Origin: a virus
Taxonomy: Duplodnaviria > Caudoviricetes
Virus record (IMG/VR): IMGVR_UViG_3300023110_000035
Location: 1-62,417 of that record
Length of the DNA: 62,417 nucleotides
Reading direction: 5' to 3' (one strand)
The notes below the pieces were generated by a model. It saw only the letters and a program-made list of their open reading frames with translations, did not search any database and was not told the origin of the DNA. Every line of letters begins with the position of its first letter. Position 1 is the first letter of the stretch. The position numbers were made by a program, and so were the translations under genes. This document shows positions 1-8,557 of this stretch, piece after piece.

Positions 1-21
1 TTTTACAAACCAATTACCCAT
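1..21 (-). CDS. Possible 5' end of a gene running off the window (MGNWFVK...)
   Basis: ATG at 21-19 lies 2 nt after the stop of the 24..272 ORF, and the frame is open to the window edge. Only 7 codons are visible. Confidence 0.3.
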
Positions 22-23
22 TT

Positions 24-272
24 TTATAGATTTTCAATTATGTAATCCTTTACTTCATCTCTTTTTGCCTCAAAGAGTTCTTCAGATATAAGTTCAACAC
101 CAGCCACATCACCACCTATATATACATCTCTCATATTTTCATATCCACCATCGTTATCAAAACTCATAGCTATACATTTATTTGTAAAGTTAGTAGTTAC
201 ACAAATTACCTCATGTGTTTCATCTACTAACTTAAAATAAGAATCTCTTTCTTTAAAATAATGATTTGCCAT
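24..272 (-). CDS. Hypothetical protein (82 aa)
   Basis: Tightly packed ORF co-oriented with its neighbours, with an A-rich leader. No recognisable motif. Confidence 0.65.
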   Translation of the reverse strand: MANHYFKERDSYFKLVDETHEVICVTTNFTNKCIAMSFDNDGGYENMRDVYIGGDVAGVELISEELFEAKRDEVKDYIIENL

Positions 273-283
273 AATAACTTTTT

Positions 284-832
284 TTAACTTTGATTATAAA
301 TACTAACCAGTTCTGATGATTGAACATATAATCTAGAATAATTTCTATAATTTCTTGCTGGTTCATTAACACGCAAAAGCCATCCTCTTTGATTTGAATA
401 TATAGCTCTAAAAGCAGTTGTCCAAGATGAACCCCAACCAATACTATTATCAAAATAAACATCTAAACCATTATAAAATGGAATACGAAGCCAACCACGT
501 ATACTTGTGGTTCCCCATTGCCAACTTTGACCTAAAGCTGTTCCATCATATCTAAATTCCCAAGCTCTAGTATCTGCATCAGCTCTTCTTTCGGTTTGAA
601 AAAGATTTATTGTAGAACTTACTGCATTATGCCTATATCCATACCAATCAGACCAAGCATAACCATTATTTGTTTTACTGATTCCATTTGTGGGATATCT
701 TGCTGATTGAGTGTTGATAGAACCATATCTACCATTTCTAGCATTCCAAATAGACATATAGGTAGAGTATGCTCTACCAAATTCATTATTTATATTACCT
801 GCCGTTATTTGACCAGAAAGTGTAAGTGTCAT
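284..832 (-). CDS. Putative fibre-tip/virion accessory protein, paralog of 16996..17487
   Basis: The N-terminal ~70 aa (SGQITAGNINNEFGR...NGRYGSINTQS...WSDWYGYRHNA) aligns with 16996..17487 (SGQIAASALITELNR...NGGYGTINTNS...FSEWYGYDHDA). The C-terminus is Trp/Arg/Tyr-rich. Confidence 0.6.
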   Translation of the reverse strand: MTLTLSGQITAGNINNEFGRAYSTYMSIWNARNGRYGSINTQSARYPTNGISKTNNGYAWSDWYGYRHNAVSSTINLFQTERRADADTRAWEFRYDGTALGQSWQWGTTSIRGWLRIPFYNGLDVYFDNSIGWGSSWTTAFRAIYSNQRGWLLRVNEPARNYRNYSRLYVQSSELVSIYNQS

Positions 833-846
833 AACTAACTTTTATA

Positions 847-1758
847 TTATAGAGATACTAACATATCCATCAACTCTTGTTGAGGGAATAAATCGAATTT
901 ATCTTTACGAGTGTTGGTATGTGTCCAAGTTCCTTTTACTTTACCATAGTAAGCATCTTCATTGAACTCAAATGCAGCTGCACCTTTTTCTTTGATTAGG
1001 GAAGGTAATCCAGCTCTGATATCAATTCCATCTCTTTCACCAATAAACTTCATCCACTTTTCTAATTGTTCGATTTGTTTATCAGAATATCTATGCCAAG
1101 TTTTGTGTCCTCTAAATTCTTCTTTTAGAGTTACAATTTGTGAATCTGCTACTTTTGTACCAGCATATGTTTTTCCATCTACCACATATCCAAAGTTACA
1201 AATCTCAATTCCTACTGAGTGTACATGCATATGTTGTGAACCATTCTTACCTAAATGCCATGCATAGTTACCTTGTGGGAAACATTGTACCAATTCTCCA
1301 TCATATACTTCGTTGTTTCCTTTTACTGATGGTCCACCCATTACCCATTCGGTAGCAATAGTTCCATTATCTCTATCCCAATACTCAATACATTTGTATG
1401 GATTATGCCATCCAGCAGTATGATGTAAGAAAAGGTATTCGTATTTTACAGGCCCATGTTTGTACTCATCTTCAGGCATAAAGTATTCTACATACTCTAA
1501 TCCACCTTCGTTTACTTTTTTCTTTGAGTAGATATCTGGTGCATCTGATTCTTCTTGTCCAGTTACATCAGTATCATTTAATCCCATTGCTGCCCAAGTT
1601 CCTTTTCCAACTAAACCATCGGCAGTTAATCCATTTAAGGATTGAAAATCTTTTACGGCTTGTTCCGTACCTTTTCCGAAGATACCATCAGCACCCAATC
1701 CTAAGAATTGTTGAACTGCTTTTACATCTTCACCTCTTGAACCTACTTTTAATAGCAT
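847..1758 (-). CDS. Endolysin: peptidoglycan-binding domain plus N-acetylmuramoyl-L-alanine amidase (Amidase_2-like)
   Basis: PG_binding_1-type N-terminus (LKVGSRGEDVKAVQQFL...DGIFGKGTEQAVKDFQ...DGLVGKGTW). Zn-amidase motifs LHHTAG, AWHLG, SVGIEICN and THTNTRKDKFD. Confidence 0.88.
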   Translation of the reverse strand: MLLKVGSRGEDVKAVQQFLGLGADGIFGKGTEQAVKDFQSLNGLTADGLVGKGTWAAMGLNDTDVTGQEESDAPDIYSKKKVNEGGLEYVEYFMPEDEYKHGPVKYEYLFLHHTAGWHNPYKCIEYWDRDNGTIATEWVMGGPSVKGNNEVYDGELVQCFPQGNYAWHLGKNGSQHMHVHSVGIEICNFGYVVDGKTYAGTKVADSQIVTLKEEFRGHKTWHRYSDKQIEQLEKWMKFIGERDGIDIRAGLPSLIKEKGAAAFEFNEDAYYGKVKGTWTHTNTRKDKFDLFPQQELMDMLVSL

Positions 1759-1770
1759 ATTATGTGTTTT

Positions 1771-2172
1771 TTATTTCTGATTAAATTCTATAACCTCAAA
1801 GATACGAGTCTGAATACGTTTCGTACCCTCAGTATTTGTAAGTATTATTGAATTTCTAAATTTTTGCCAGTCTATTACAAATGTCTTATCTAATACACCA
1901 CCATTTTCTTCTCTCACTAATTGGTTTAATGCGTTAATGGTGTATAAAGTATTTGATTCTTTTTTTCTGTGTATTAGTATTGTATCTTCTAAAGGTTGTG
2001 GTGGTTTGAACTCCGTATTTATATTATAGGTAACGTAAAGTTCATCTAAGTTTGACTTATTTTGTAAGATATAGATATAGTTATACACTATCACATAAGT
2101 CTCTCTGATATCCTGCAGAGTCTTTTGTAACCCATCCTTTGAAGTAAATGTACACAATAATTGTGTTTTCAT
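1771..2172 (-). CDS. Hypothetical phage protein (133 aa)
   Basis: Clean ORF preceded by the ATATTTATA motif. Contains LLCTFT and IHRKKESNTLYTINALN; function unknown. Confidence 0.75.
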   Translation of the reverse strand: MKTQLLCTFTSKDGLQKTLQDIRETYVIVYNYIYILQNKSNLDELYVTYNINTEFKPPQPLEDTILIHRKKESNTLYTINALNQLVREENGGVLDKTFVIDWQKFRNSIILTNTEGTKRIQTRIFEVIEFNQK

Positions 2173-2200
2173 AAATTTTTTTATATATTAATCAATCACC

Positions 2201-2209
2201 TATAAATAT
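2201..2209 (-). promoter_or_regulatory. Candidate late promoter motif ATATTTATA
   Basis: One of nine intergenic copies; 28 nt upstream of the 2172 start. Confidence 0.55.
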
Positions 2210-2230
2210 CACAGAATATTTTTAGGATAA

Positions 2231-4336
2231 TTATATATCAATCTCTTTACCTGACTTATTATCTACAGCAACTCCATCATCATTTAAATCAATATCAGCT
2301 GGTTCACCATCACCAGTGAATGATAATTGACAACCACCACCAGTTCTACCAGCAGTTCTTTTAGTTCTAAATGTTATTGAATAATCATTTGGATTGTTAG
2401 TACCATTATCAGTAACAAACTTAGGGTCTCCATTTTCATCATAATATTGTTTATTATGTTCCAATTGAGTTAATGTTTGATTTGTTCTGATATTATTTGC
2501 TATCTCAATTGCAGATAACAAACTCTCTACTTTTACACCTGCCTTTTGGACAAGGTTACTAACATTATTTTCACCAATTAATGCAGCTGCATGTTCTTTG
2601 GTGATAATAGAACCTAACTCTTCTTTATATTTATCTTCAATTTCGGATAATTTTTTACCAAATAATTTCCAATATTCAGTCTTATCTGCTGGATTTAAAT
2701 CGGCTACTTCTCTTTTAATTCTATCAACCTCATCCATATAATTGGCTACGATAGTTGATATCTTAGAAGTTTCCTCTTCACTAAAAACTTCACCCAATCC
2801 AATCTCATTTAATGTATTATTAATAAAGTTAGTAGTCTTTTCTTTGGTTTGTTCATTAGATTCACCTCTAATCAAATCATCATTTATAAGTAACGTATAA
2901 CCATCTTGTCCTAAATACATTCCTTGATTATTTTGTTTACTTTTATCTTGGTGTAATTCACAAATTGTTTTTGAGTTAGCTGGACATCCATATGTTCTAC
3001 CTTCCTTACCCCATTTACAACTTACTAAAGAAACTCTTTCTAACATACCACCTTTAATTTTATCACCTGCTGGGAAATTTCCTGCTGATGGTAGGTACAC
3101 CTCTTCACCATTTGCCAATTCTTGTTCATATAAGTTGTTTTCGGCTAATTGTTTTAATATAGCATTTGCAACATCAGCATCTGCTTTATGTAAATCAACC
3201 ATTAACTTATTATAAGAATCAGCTATTGCTTGTGCAGCTTCAGGTGATGGTATTTTTACATTTTTTAATATATCATCCATTCGTTTCTTATGGGATTCCA
3301 AACCAGTTAATACACCTTCATCAACTGTATTATTTTTTACCTGCTCTTTTGCAAAATCAATAGTATTTTGTAAAGCGGGATTATTAATACTTTGTGCTAA
3401 GTAATCTTTTGAATAATCACTGGATGGCATTTTAACATTTCCATCTTCATCTTTTAATCCAAATATTCCATGCAATGATGGTCTAATTTTTTTAAGAACT
3501 GGATGTGATTCGAAATATTCAGATACCCTTACATCATCGGATGGTTTTATGATATTTTCATTTCCTAAATCAGGTTTTGCTGCTGTTGTAAAACCTTGCT
3601 TTACACTTTTAGCATCGAATGTTTTTAATTCAACTAAAGCCGATACCCTAGCAACTAAATCTTTTGATTTTGCTGTTCCAGCATCTCCACTAATTATTTT
3701 ACGATTTCCACCTAATTTATTAAAGTATGCCTTTTTTCTATTTTCATTTGTAGAAAATCCAGCATTATCAACTAACCATTGTGCAGCTTCTCTTTTTTCT
3801 TCTTCAGATTTACTATCATCGTAAATAATATTTATTTTTTTCAATGATTCCTTAATAACTTCCTTTTGAGTATCATTCAAATTATTTATTCGTTGTTCTA
3901 CTCTTTTTTCAAAATCATTAGTTATTTTTTTATTTTCTGGAGATATTTGTGAAGTACTATCATCCTTATTTTTTTCTAAATCAGGTGCTTCATATCCACT
4001 ATCTTTGGAGAACATACTCTTTTTATTTACTTTGGTAGTATCATCCTGCTTATCATCTTTTGTATGAGTACCAGCTTTTATCGCAGCATCTCTATTTTCT
4101 TCAGAATCAAAATCAACAACTTGTCCACTTTTTTTACTTACAGCATAAAATTTTTCACCATCAGCTTCAAATAAGTTACTGAATAATTCGCCTTTGATTT
4201 CCCACAATCCCATCTCATCCAATACTTCAGATAAAATAGTAAGGTGTTCTGATTTTTTAAGGTCTACAATACCTTGTTTCGTTCTATACGAAACTTCCGT
4301 TAATAAATCGTTTATAAACTGGTTAAAATAATTCAT
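2231..4336 (-). CDS. Large hypothetical protein (701 aa), possibly a packaged internal protein with a nuclease-like C-terminal region
   Basis: Long, charged ORF with an N-terminal leader containing LTE/LDE/LFEA. Weak D...SxK pattern (AGDKI...VSCKWG). Function is speculative. Confidence 0.6.
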   Translation of the reverse strand: MNYFNQFINDLLTEVSYRTKQGIVDLKKSEHLTILSEVLDEMGLWEIKGELFSNLFEADGEKFYAVSKKSGQVVDFDSEENRDAAIKAGTHTKDDKQDDTTKVNKKSMFSKDSGYEAPDLEKNKDDSTSQISPENKKITNDFEKRVEQRINNLNDTQKEVIKESLKKINIIYDDSKSEEEKREAAQWLVDNAGFSTNENRKKAYFNKLGGNRKIISGDAGTAKSKDLVARVSALVELKTFDAKSVKQGFTTAAKPDLGNENIIKPSDDVRVSEYFESHPVLKKIRPSLHGIFGLKDEDGNVKMPSSDYSKDYLAQSINNPALQNTIDFAKEQVKNNTVDEGVLTGLESHKKRMDDILKNVKIPSPEAAQAIADSYNKLMVDLHKADADVANAILKQLAENNLYEQELANGEEVYLPSAGNFPAGDKIKGGMLERVSLVSCKWGKEGRTYGCPANSKTICELHQDKSKQNNQGMYLGQDGYTLLINDDLIRGESNEQTKEKTTNFINNTLNEIGLGEVFSEEETSKISTIVANYMDEVDRIKREVADLNPADKTEYWKLFGKKLSEIEDKYKEELGSIITKEHAAALIGENNVSNLVQKAGVKVESLLSAIEIANNIRTNQTLTQLEHNKQYYDENGDPKFVTDNGTNNPNDYSITFRTKRTAGRTGGGCQLSFTGDGEPADIDLNDDGVAVDNKSGKEIDI

Positions 4337-4357
4337 ATGTTAAATCTTCCTATATCC

Positions 4358-4366
4358 TATAAATAT
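4358..4366 (-). promoter_or_regulatory. Candidate late promoter motif ATATTTATA
   Basis: Exact copy 21 nt upstream of the 4336 start. Confidence 0.55.
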
Positions 4367-5649
4367 TAAAGTTTTGAGTAATCCGTTCCCCAACTAGCTT
4401 TTATAGGAAAACCATTACTCTCTACTATTTCTTTCAATTTAAGAGCATGTTCTTTAGGAGTATCTAACGGAAAAGAAAATAGGAATGAATCATAAGTATA
4501 TAAGGTCAACTCAATGTCGGTTTGTTGAATAAACTCCAACACTTTTTGGATTGTTTTCATATTCAACTCAGTTTCAGTTGCTTGTAATAAATAGTTGAAT
4601 ACTTTTTGAGGATTTGAATCTTCTATCGATGAGAGAGGTATATTTCGATTGTAAGTCGATACATAACCCATTTCCGATGCCTTACTCCACATTACATCGA
4701 TGTACTCTCTAACCTTCTTATAATAAGGAATAGAATCAAACTCTTCGGGTATCCCACCATAAAGGAGTTGGAAAGTAATTCCTTTGGATTCATCATAAGG
4801 AACTCCATATTGGTCCGCTAACCATTGGTGAACGGAAGTATTGGGTAAATCGTAATCAATCAACTTACCTATGATTCGGGGGTGATAGGCATCATAATCC
4901 ATTTGTAAGAATATGTGCCCATCTTTGGGAATAAATACTTCTCTCGTTCCATCCTTTTTATTTAAAGCAGAGAAGTTGATTCCCCCAAATCGGTTGGAAG
5001 GACGGGATGTAATGGTATATGGGTTGTATTCGGTATATACGATATTATTATGTAAATGTTTAGAAGCTTGTGGATATCTATCAAAAAATTTTTCCCCTTC
5101 GACCCGAACACCATATCGTTCAATCTGAGATAAAAGAGGAATCATCGTATCATCAATCCAACTTTTAGGAGATAAATCGGGAGGAGGAATAGTACTACTT
5201 ATATTATCAACAAATGATTTTAAGTACTCTCCCCACTTCATCAAAGGTGCTATCTTTCCTAAACCATCTCTTATACCCATTCGGGTATAATGTGATATAA
5301 ATGGTTGATTTTGTACCTCATCGGGTATAGTTTGATTCTTTTCAAAGAAGTAATAGTTGGATATATCAAAAATATTTTGTATATTTGTACCAGTTTGTAA
5401 TAATCCTTTCTTATTCCATACCCATTTTGGTTGTGTAGATTTAGAAAGGTCTAAGTGATGGGATTTACCATCAATATGATTATATATGAGAATAAAGTCA
5501 GTTTTTCCCACTCTTATGAATAAGAAAGCAAGTTCATTGTTCATTGGATGTTTATCCAAATCAGACCATATAGGAATTACAATTGAGGGATTATTTTCCC
5601 ACATTTGTATAAAATTCTCCTTCTCTTTATTAGATTCTACTACAATCAT
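4366..5649 (-). CDS. Minimal/divergent family A DNA polymerase-like protein (427 aa)
   Basis: Motif A MDYDAYHPR, motif B KGITFQLLYGG, FNYLLQATE and motif C LYTYDSFLF. TSRPSN corresponds to TGRLSS. Much shorter than canonical Pol I. Confidence 0.8.
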   Translation of the reverse strand: MIVVESNKEKENFIQMWENNPSIVIPIWSDLDKHPMNNELAFLFIRVGKTDFILIYNHIDGKSHHLDLSKSTQPKWVWNKKGLLQTGTNIQNIFDISNYYFFEKNQTIPDEVQNQPFISHYTRMGIRDGLGKIAPLMKWGEYLKSFVDNISSTIPPPDLSPKSWIDDTMIPLLSQIERYGVRVEGEKFFDRYPQASKHLHNNIVYTEYNPYTITSRPSNRFGGINFSALNKKDGTREVFIPKDGHIFLQMDYDAYHPRIIGKLIDYDLPNTSVHQWLADQYGVPYDESKGITFQLLYGGIPEEFDSIPYYKKVREYIDVMWSKASEMGYVSTYNRNIPLSSIEDSNPQKVFNYLLQATETELNMKTIQKVLEFIQQTDIELTLYTYDSFLFSFPLDTPKEHALKLKEIVESNGFPIKASWGTDYSKL

Positions 5650-5653
5650 CTAA

Positions 5654-5685
5654 CAAATATAAGAAAAATATTTGTAATATCCAAA
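5654..5685 (-). promoter_or_regulatory. Bacteroidota-type housekeeping sigma promoter (-33 TTTG / -7 TAnnTTTG)
   Basis: The minus strand reads TTTG (5685-5682), 20 nt, TATATTTG (5661-5654), then TTAG-ATG of the polymerase. This matches the Bacteroides consensus in both sequence and spacing. Confidence 0.7.
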
Positions 5686-6039
5686 TTATTTTTTATGAAA
5701 TTGTAAAAGGTTAGGTAAGTAAAGTTGGATTTTAGGAATCGTTTGAGATGCAATCCTTACCGATGCTGAGTTTGATTTTTTAACATCATCAACATCACCT
5801 ATAATTCTCCAATCTAAAGAAGTTATATTGTAAAAAGAATTCTGAGATAGTTTAGCTGTAGATTTTTTTCTTATCTCATAAATTACAGAGTTTATATCAT
5901 TAGCTTTCTGAACAAAGTATCTAACAATGTATCCTCGTTTATAATCTATATCAGTTGGGGATGGAATATGAGGTACTATTTTAATTTGATTAAAATCCTT
6001 TGGTAAATCTACTATTTTATTATATCTATCTAAACTCAT
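5686..6039 (-). CDS. Hypothetical protein, probably baseplate-associated (117 aa)
   Basis: Directly follows the hub gene (2-nt gap). Contains PTDIDYKRGYIVRYF. Confidence 0.65.
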   Translation of the reverse strand: MSLDRYNKIVDLPKDFNQIKIVPHIPSPTDIDYKRGYIVRYFVQKANDINSVIYEIRKKSTAKLSQNSFYNITSLDWRIIGDVDDVKKSNSASVRIASQTIPKIQLYLPNLLQFHKK

Positions 6040-6041
6040 AA

Positions 6042-8255
6042 TTATTTATTATTTCTATATCCACCAGTTACTTCAGTTGTCCACATCATACCATCTAAAG
6101 TATGTTTAACACTTAACACTTGAAAAAATCCATTATTGTATATGGATGGAATCCCATTTACTTTAAACATATCACCTCGCCTTATACCACTCACACCATG
6201 AATTTTGAAACTAAAATTAATCGGCATTAATGGAGTAGCGGATGATGTTTTTTCATCATGCCCACTTTTAAGTGCACTAAATATAGTCGAATCTTTATAT
6301 GCACCTAAATAGCATAAATCATAAAGGTCTACACCATCTACTGAAGTTTTATCACTTATTTCAACTTTTGGATAAAATCTAGCTTTACCCATCATAATAG
6401 CTAAATTAGCTTCTGCTATATCTGCCTTATCTTTTTCAGTTGTATTATCATCATCCTTTTTATTGGTTTCTTTTCTTTTTAATTTTACCGCTAATTGGTC
6501 ACTAAGAGCTTCATCTTGTGTAAAAAGTGATATCTTTTTAGAATCTGAATTCAAATCTGCTCCTAATTTAGAACCTATTATCTGATTCATTTTATTCCCA
6601 CTAATATCCAAATCCAAAGATGCATCTATAAACACAGAATCAGCACCAATCATTTCAAATGTATATGTTGGAGTTTGTTTTCCATTAGTTATTAGATTCA
6701 TTTCAACTATTTTTAGCTTACTTACCGATTTATCATCAACGATAACATCCGATTCTTTTATTTGAAAATCCCACATACCATTTACAGCTGATGACATTCC
6801 ATTTAAAATTTGATACAATGCATCTTTTATATAAAATTGCTTAGTATCCAATACACCTTTAAAAAAATCAAAGTTAACATACAAATCTTTTAAGTATCCC
6901 CATTCATTGGATGATTTAAAAATCTTTTTATCAGGACTCGTATAATCGTTTGGATTTGGAAACTTGATTCTATCCAGTGGTGAATTATTTACTGTACCCG
7001 CCTCTCTTATTTGACTTACTGTTGGTAAATCGGAACTATTGGATGTAATCGCAGATAAATTAAATTTAGGAGATTGTGGGTTTGGTATAAATAACTTATC
7101 AGGTTCAGTACTATATATTTTTTCAAAAGCTGTACAAGCGGTATCTTTATAATCGATTTCAAACGTTACCTCAGTACCATCAGGCAATTCATAACCAGAA
7201 ACACCTATTTCATATATAATATCCATCATAGCATCAAATCGTATGAATCTCTCTTCTGCAGTTATTTTAGTTCCTGCAGGGAATTTTACAGCTTTACCAT
7301 CAATAGTCACCTTACCAGCTTTTACTTCCCATCCAACCAAAGGTAGTTTAAATCCATCAGAAGCATCGTTTATTTCTTCAATTACCTCATCATCAAAATT
7401 AATCAATTTAGTATCATCTGCTGCAAATTTACCTCTCAACCCCTTTACTGCTACTGTTTGTCTTGTTTGTGGTAAATCATTGAACATTTTCATAAATCGT
7501 TCATCACCTAAAGTACTATCTGCGGTATTTATGTAATTTAAACCAAACACTTTTGCGCTTGGAAGTTTTTTTTCTTCATTTAGTTTTTGGTCACCAGTTT
7601 CACTACTCAATAAATAAGTTGGTAATTCGGTATATCCCGTACAATTTACATTTATTGTCCATTTATCACCATCTAATGAAACACCACCACCAGTTGTAAA
7701 TCCTAAATAGTTATCATATTCACCAACAGTATTTTGCCTAACAACATCTCTATTTGATGCATTTTGATATTTAGATATCTCCGATGCTTTTAGTGGAGTT
7801 AATCCACTTACACCAGATGAAGTATTCCAACCCCATTCTAAAAATATACTCATACCAGGTTCTAAAAAATATCTGGTTAATGTTTCCATTTGTTCTTTGG
7901 TAAAACAGGTTATAGAAAAATTTGCTTTTCTACTTAAATTACCAGCACCCTCATCTACTTCTAATGAAGTTACAATTGGTGAAGGTCTATATCCCTGCCC
8001 AACAGATGGATTTACATCAGCTCCTTCCCAAGTTGTACCAATTCTACCTGCTTGTGTAGATGAACCATATGTTCTACCCGCTGCTCTAAATAAATTATTA
8101 TTTGGGTTTGAATCTAAAACCAATCCTGCACCACCACCAGAAACTAATCTTACAAATGGATTAAGTTTAGATATTAATTGTGGATTTCCTACTCTTTTCT
8201 TTAAAGTACTCTTAACAAAATCCTGAATATTTGTAAAATTCGGAAATGAAGCCAT
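6042..8255 (-). CDS. Baseplate hub protein (T4 gp27/P2 gpD/VgrG-like)
   Basis: Position after the LysM-like gene. C-terminus FKIHGVSGIRRGDMFKV...FFQVLSVKHTLDGMMWTTEVTG is typical of hub proteins; N-terminal FLEWGW. Confidence 0.65.
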   Translation of the reverse strand: MASFPNFTNIQDFVKSTLKKRVGNPQLISKLNPFVRLVSGGGAGLVLDSNPNNNLFRAAGRTYGSSTQAGRIGTTWEGADVNPSVGQGYRPSPIVTSLEVDEGAGNLSRKANFSITCFTKEQMETLTRYFLEPGMSIFLEWGWNTSSGVSGLTPLKASEISKYQNASNRDVVRQNTVGEYDNYLGFTTGGGVSLDGDKWTINVNCTGYTELPTYLLSSETGDQKLNEEKKLPSAKVFGLNYINTADSTLGDERFMKMFNDLPQTRQTVAVKGLRGKFAADDTKLINFDDEVIEEINDASDGFKLPLVGWEVKAGKVTIDGKAVKFPAGTKITAEERFIRFDAMMDIIYEIGVSGYELPDGTEVTFEIDYKDTACTAFEKIYSTEPDKLFIPNPQSPKFNLSAITSNSSDLPTVSQIREAGTVNNSPLDRIKFPNPNDYTSPDKKIFKSSNEWGYLKDLYVNFDFFKGVLDTKQFYIKDALYQILNGMSSAVNGMWDFQIKESDVIVDDKSVSKLKIVEMNLITNGKQTPTYTFEMIGADSVFIDASLDLDISGNKMNQIIGSKLGADLNSDSKKISLFTQDEALSDQLAVKLKRKETNKKDDDNTTEKDKADIAEANLAIMMGKARFYPKVEISDKTSVDGVDLYDLCYLGAYKDSTIFSALKSGHDEKTSSATPLMPINFSFKIHGVSGIRRGDMFKVNGIPSIYNNGFFQVLSVKHTLDGMMWTTEVTGGYRNNK

Positions 8256-8260
8256 ATAAC

Positions 8261-8551
8261 TTATTGTTTAAATTGATTGTTTATCTCTATAAAGTTTTGT
8301 GGGATTCTTAAAATTGTTCCATCTTTTAAACCAAATGGTGCATTGTGTATATTATTAGCAGATGCTATAATCCACCAAAGGGATGCATCTCCATAATATT
8401 GATAAGCAAGTGTATCTAATCTATCACCAGTTTCAGATGCTACATATATATCATTATCCTTCAATGGAATTTCAGGATAAATTTTAGAACGATATACTGT
8501 TCTTCCATCATCTAACTTTTTGGTTTTATTATTTTGATATCTACTTGCCAT
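8261..8551 (-). CDS. LysM-like baseplate wedge protein (P2 gpX/T4 gp53-like)
   Basis: GDRLDTLAYQYYGDASLWWIIASANNI...GTILRIP. Confidence 0.8.
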   Translation of the reverse strand: MASRYQNNKTKKLDDGRTVYRSKIYPEIPLKDNDIYVASETGDRLDTLAYQYYGDASLWWIIASANNIHNAPFGLKDGTILRIPQNFIEINNQFKQ

Positions 8552-8557
8552 AATTTA

